Source: Maribacter halichondriae (GTDB lineage: Bacteria > Bacteroidota > Bacteroidia > Flavobacteriales > Flavobacteriaceae). From it: a stretch of DNA of 64,000 nucleotides. The notes under the pieces were generated by a model. That model saw only the letters and a program-made list of their open reading frames with translations. It made no database searches and was not told the origin of the DNA. Numbering within the stretch: position 1 is the first letter of the stretch; each line of letters begins with the position of its first letter. The stretch spans positions 1,430,529 to 1,494,528 of the forward strand of contig NZ_CP107030.1 in NCBI RefSeq assembly GCF_027474825.1, read 5' to 3'. The translations under genes and the position numbers were made by a program. This document shows, piece by piece, positions 62,954 through 64,000 of this stretch.

Positions 62954-64000
62954 TTAATAGGATAATCCCTGTCCAAATTTATAAATCGGATTTTCCGAAT
63001 CATAGGGTACATCCTCCAACTGCTTTTCGACAGCTTCAATGGACGACGGAATCTCGATGGGAAGCTTTCCGGTAGGTTTGAATTTCCCGAAAATCAATTC
63101 TAGAATTATCTCATCTTGTGATTCAAAATCGGCAATGACCGCTTTGCTGGCCGCGTTGATTTCAGGTGCGACAGTAGGCCGGGTTATCGTAAATACAGTT
63201 ACCGTAGGTTTTGAATTGGTGCGCTCCAGTATGTCCTCTTTTTCATCCTCGGGATAGTCCAATCGACCTTGGGGAATCAGTCGCGCCAAGAGTCCACCTC
63301 CTTCCGGGGGTGATGACGGTGTCTGTAATTTTTGTACAATCACATCCGCGGCGTCGATGTCGTCAACGATTTGGGGAAACTTTTCGGCCAACCCAGATTG
63401 AGTCATTCCGTGGATGTATATTTTCTTATCGGAAGAAAGTGGGAGTATATTTTCGTTCTTCAATAAAACCATTGATTTTCGTTGCGCTTCTTTTCCTTTT
63501 TTGACAAATTCGGGATTTCCAACAATACTAGTCTTTTCCAAATCAACAAACGGATTATCAAAAAGACCCAATCTGAACTTGTCCCTCAAGATCCTTCTTA
63601 TCGAAACATCGATTCGTGATTCGGGAAGCTCGCCATTTTCCGCCAAATCGATAATATGCTCGGTTACATATTCTCCCCCAAAAACGTCGCAGCCTGCATC
63701 CAATACTTTTTTCACTCGTTCCTTCTCGGTCAAGTGTTCGGCACCCCAAGCGGAGGCCTCTTTTACTGCCATGTCTGAAATAATGCCCCAATCGGTTGCT
63801 ACAACACCATCAAATTTTAGAGAATCTCTTAAAAGATCCTGAATCATTTCCTTACTGAAGGCAAAACCTACTTCCTCTTTGACCTGACCCTTGGGTATTC
63901 CGTAATATGGCATAATCTGCGCGGTTTTGGCTGCAAAGGCACCCTCAATGAAAGGAATTAGATGATAATCAAACTTATTTCCTGGATAAACCTGACCCTT
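62954..64000 (-). CDS. Glycoside hydrolase family 3 (BglX-like), C-terminal part; the gene continues beyond the window end
   Basis: GH3 C-terminal domain similarity. The ORF is open to the window edge. Confidence 0.7.
   Translation of the reverse strand, partial: KGQVYPGNKFDYHLIPFIEGAFAAKTAQIMPYYGIPKGQVKEEVGFAFSKEMIQDLLRDSLKFDGVVATDWGIISDMAVKEASAWGAEHLTEKERVKKVLDAGCDVFGGEYVTEHIIDLAENGELPESRIDVSIRRILRDKFRLGLFDNPFVDLEKTSIVGNPEFVKKGKEAQRKSMVLLKNENILPLSSDKKIYIHGMTQSGLAEKFPQIVDDIDAADVIVQKLQTPSSPPEGGGLLARLIPQGRLDYPEDEKEDILERTNSKPTVTVFTITRPTVAPEINAASKAVIADFESQDEIILELIFGKFKPTGKLPIEIPSSIEAVEKQLEDVPYDSENPIYKFGQGLSY

Overview
This 64 kb window reads as an ordinary chromosomal core region of a Flavobacteriaceae-type Bacteroidetes genome, about 40% GC. 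I base that on the gldD-gldE-ssb-mutY gliding-motility neighbourhood, the DUF4270 + short glgA pair, TonB-dependent receptor genes, TAnnTTTG-like -7 promoter boxes and the absence of obvious Shine-Dalgarno sequences. It is densely packed with housekeeping genes:
- a hybrid sensor kinase with a convergent sigma-54 response regulator
- ahcY, rpmA and rplU
- two M16 peptidases
- mutY, HU and RNase E/G
- a biotin cluster (bioB, bioA, bioD, bioF) with an embedded KAS I/II-like gene
- a flotillin/NfeD pair
- atpDC, glmS, panCD, recX, radA, xth and an aldo-keto reductase.

I found no rRNA, tRNA, CRISPR array, transposase, integrase or recognisable defence system.

The most pervasive signal is technical. 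At least 13 genes are split by single-base deletions inside homopolymer runs, so the assembly probably carries systematic homopolymer errors. Any apparent pseudogene here needs read-level confirmation.

Beyond that, the biologically interesting items are:
1. a 9.6-copy heptanucleotide microsatellite (TGGTTGA)n that makes up the leader of a YkoF/MTH1187-like-pnuC-nrk operon;
2. tandem PepSY-like secreted paralogs carrying an expandable acidic coding repeat, next to the two-component system;
3. an unannotated 30-aa, very basic, bS22-like small ORF with its own terminator downstream of HU;
4. a biotin cluster that has no bioC/bioH/bioG in the window but contains a complete KAS I/II-like enzyme and a DUF2007/zinc-ribbon gene;
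5. several families of REP-like palindromic intergenic repeat modules, two of which bracket a low-GC single-gene insert (58717-59325).

I do not see a clear novel multi-gene system, and I say so rather than invent one.
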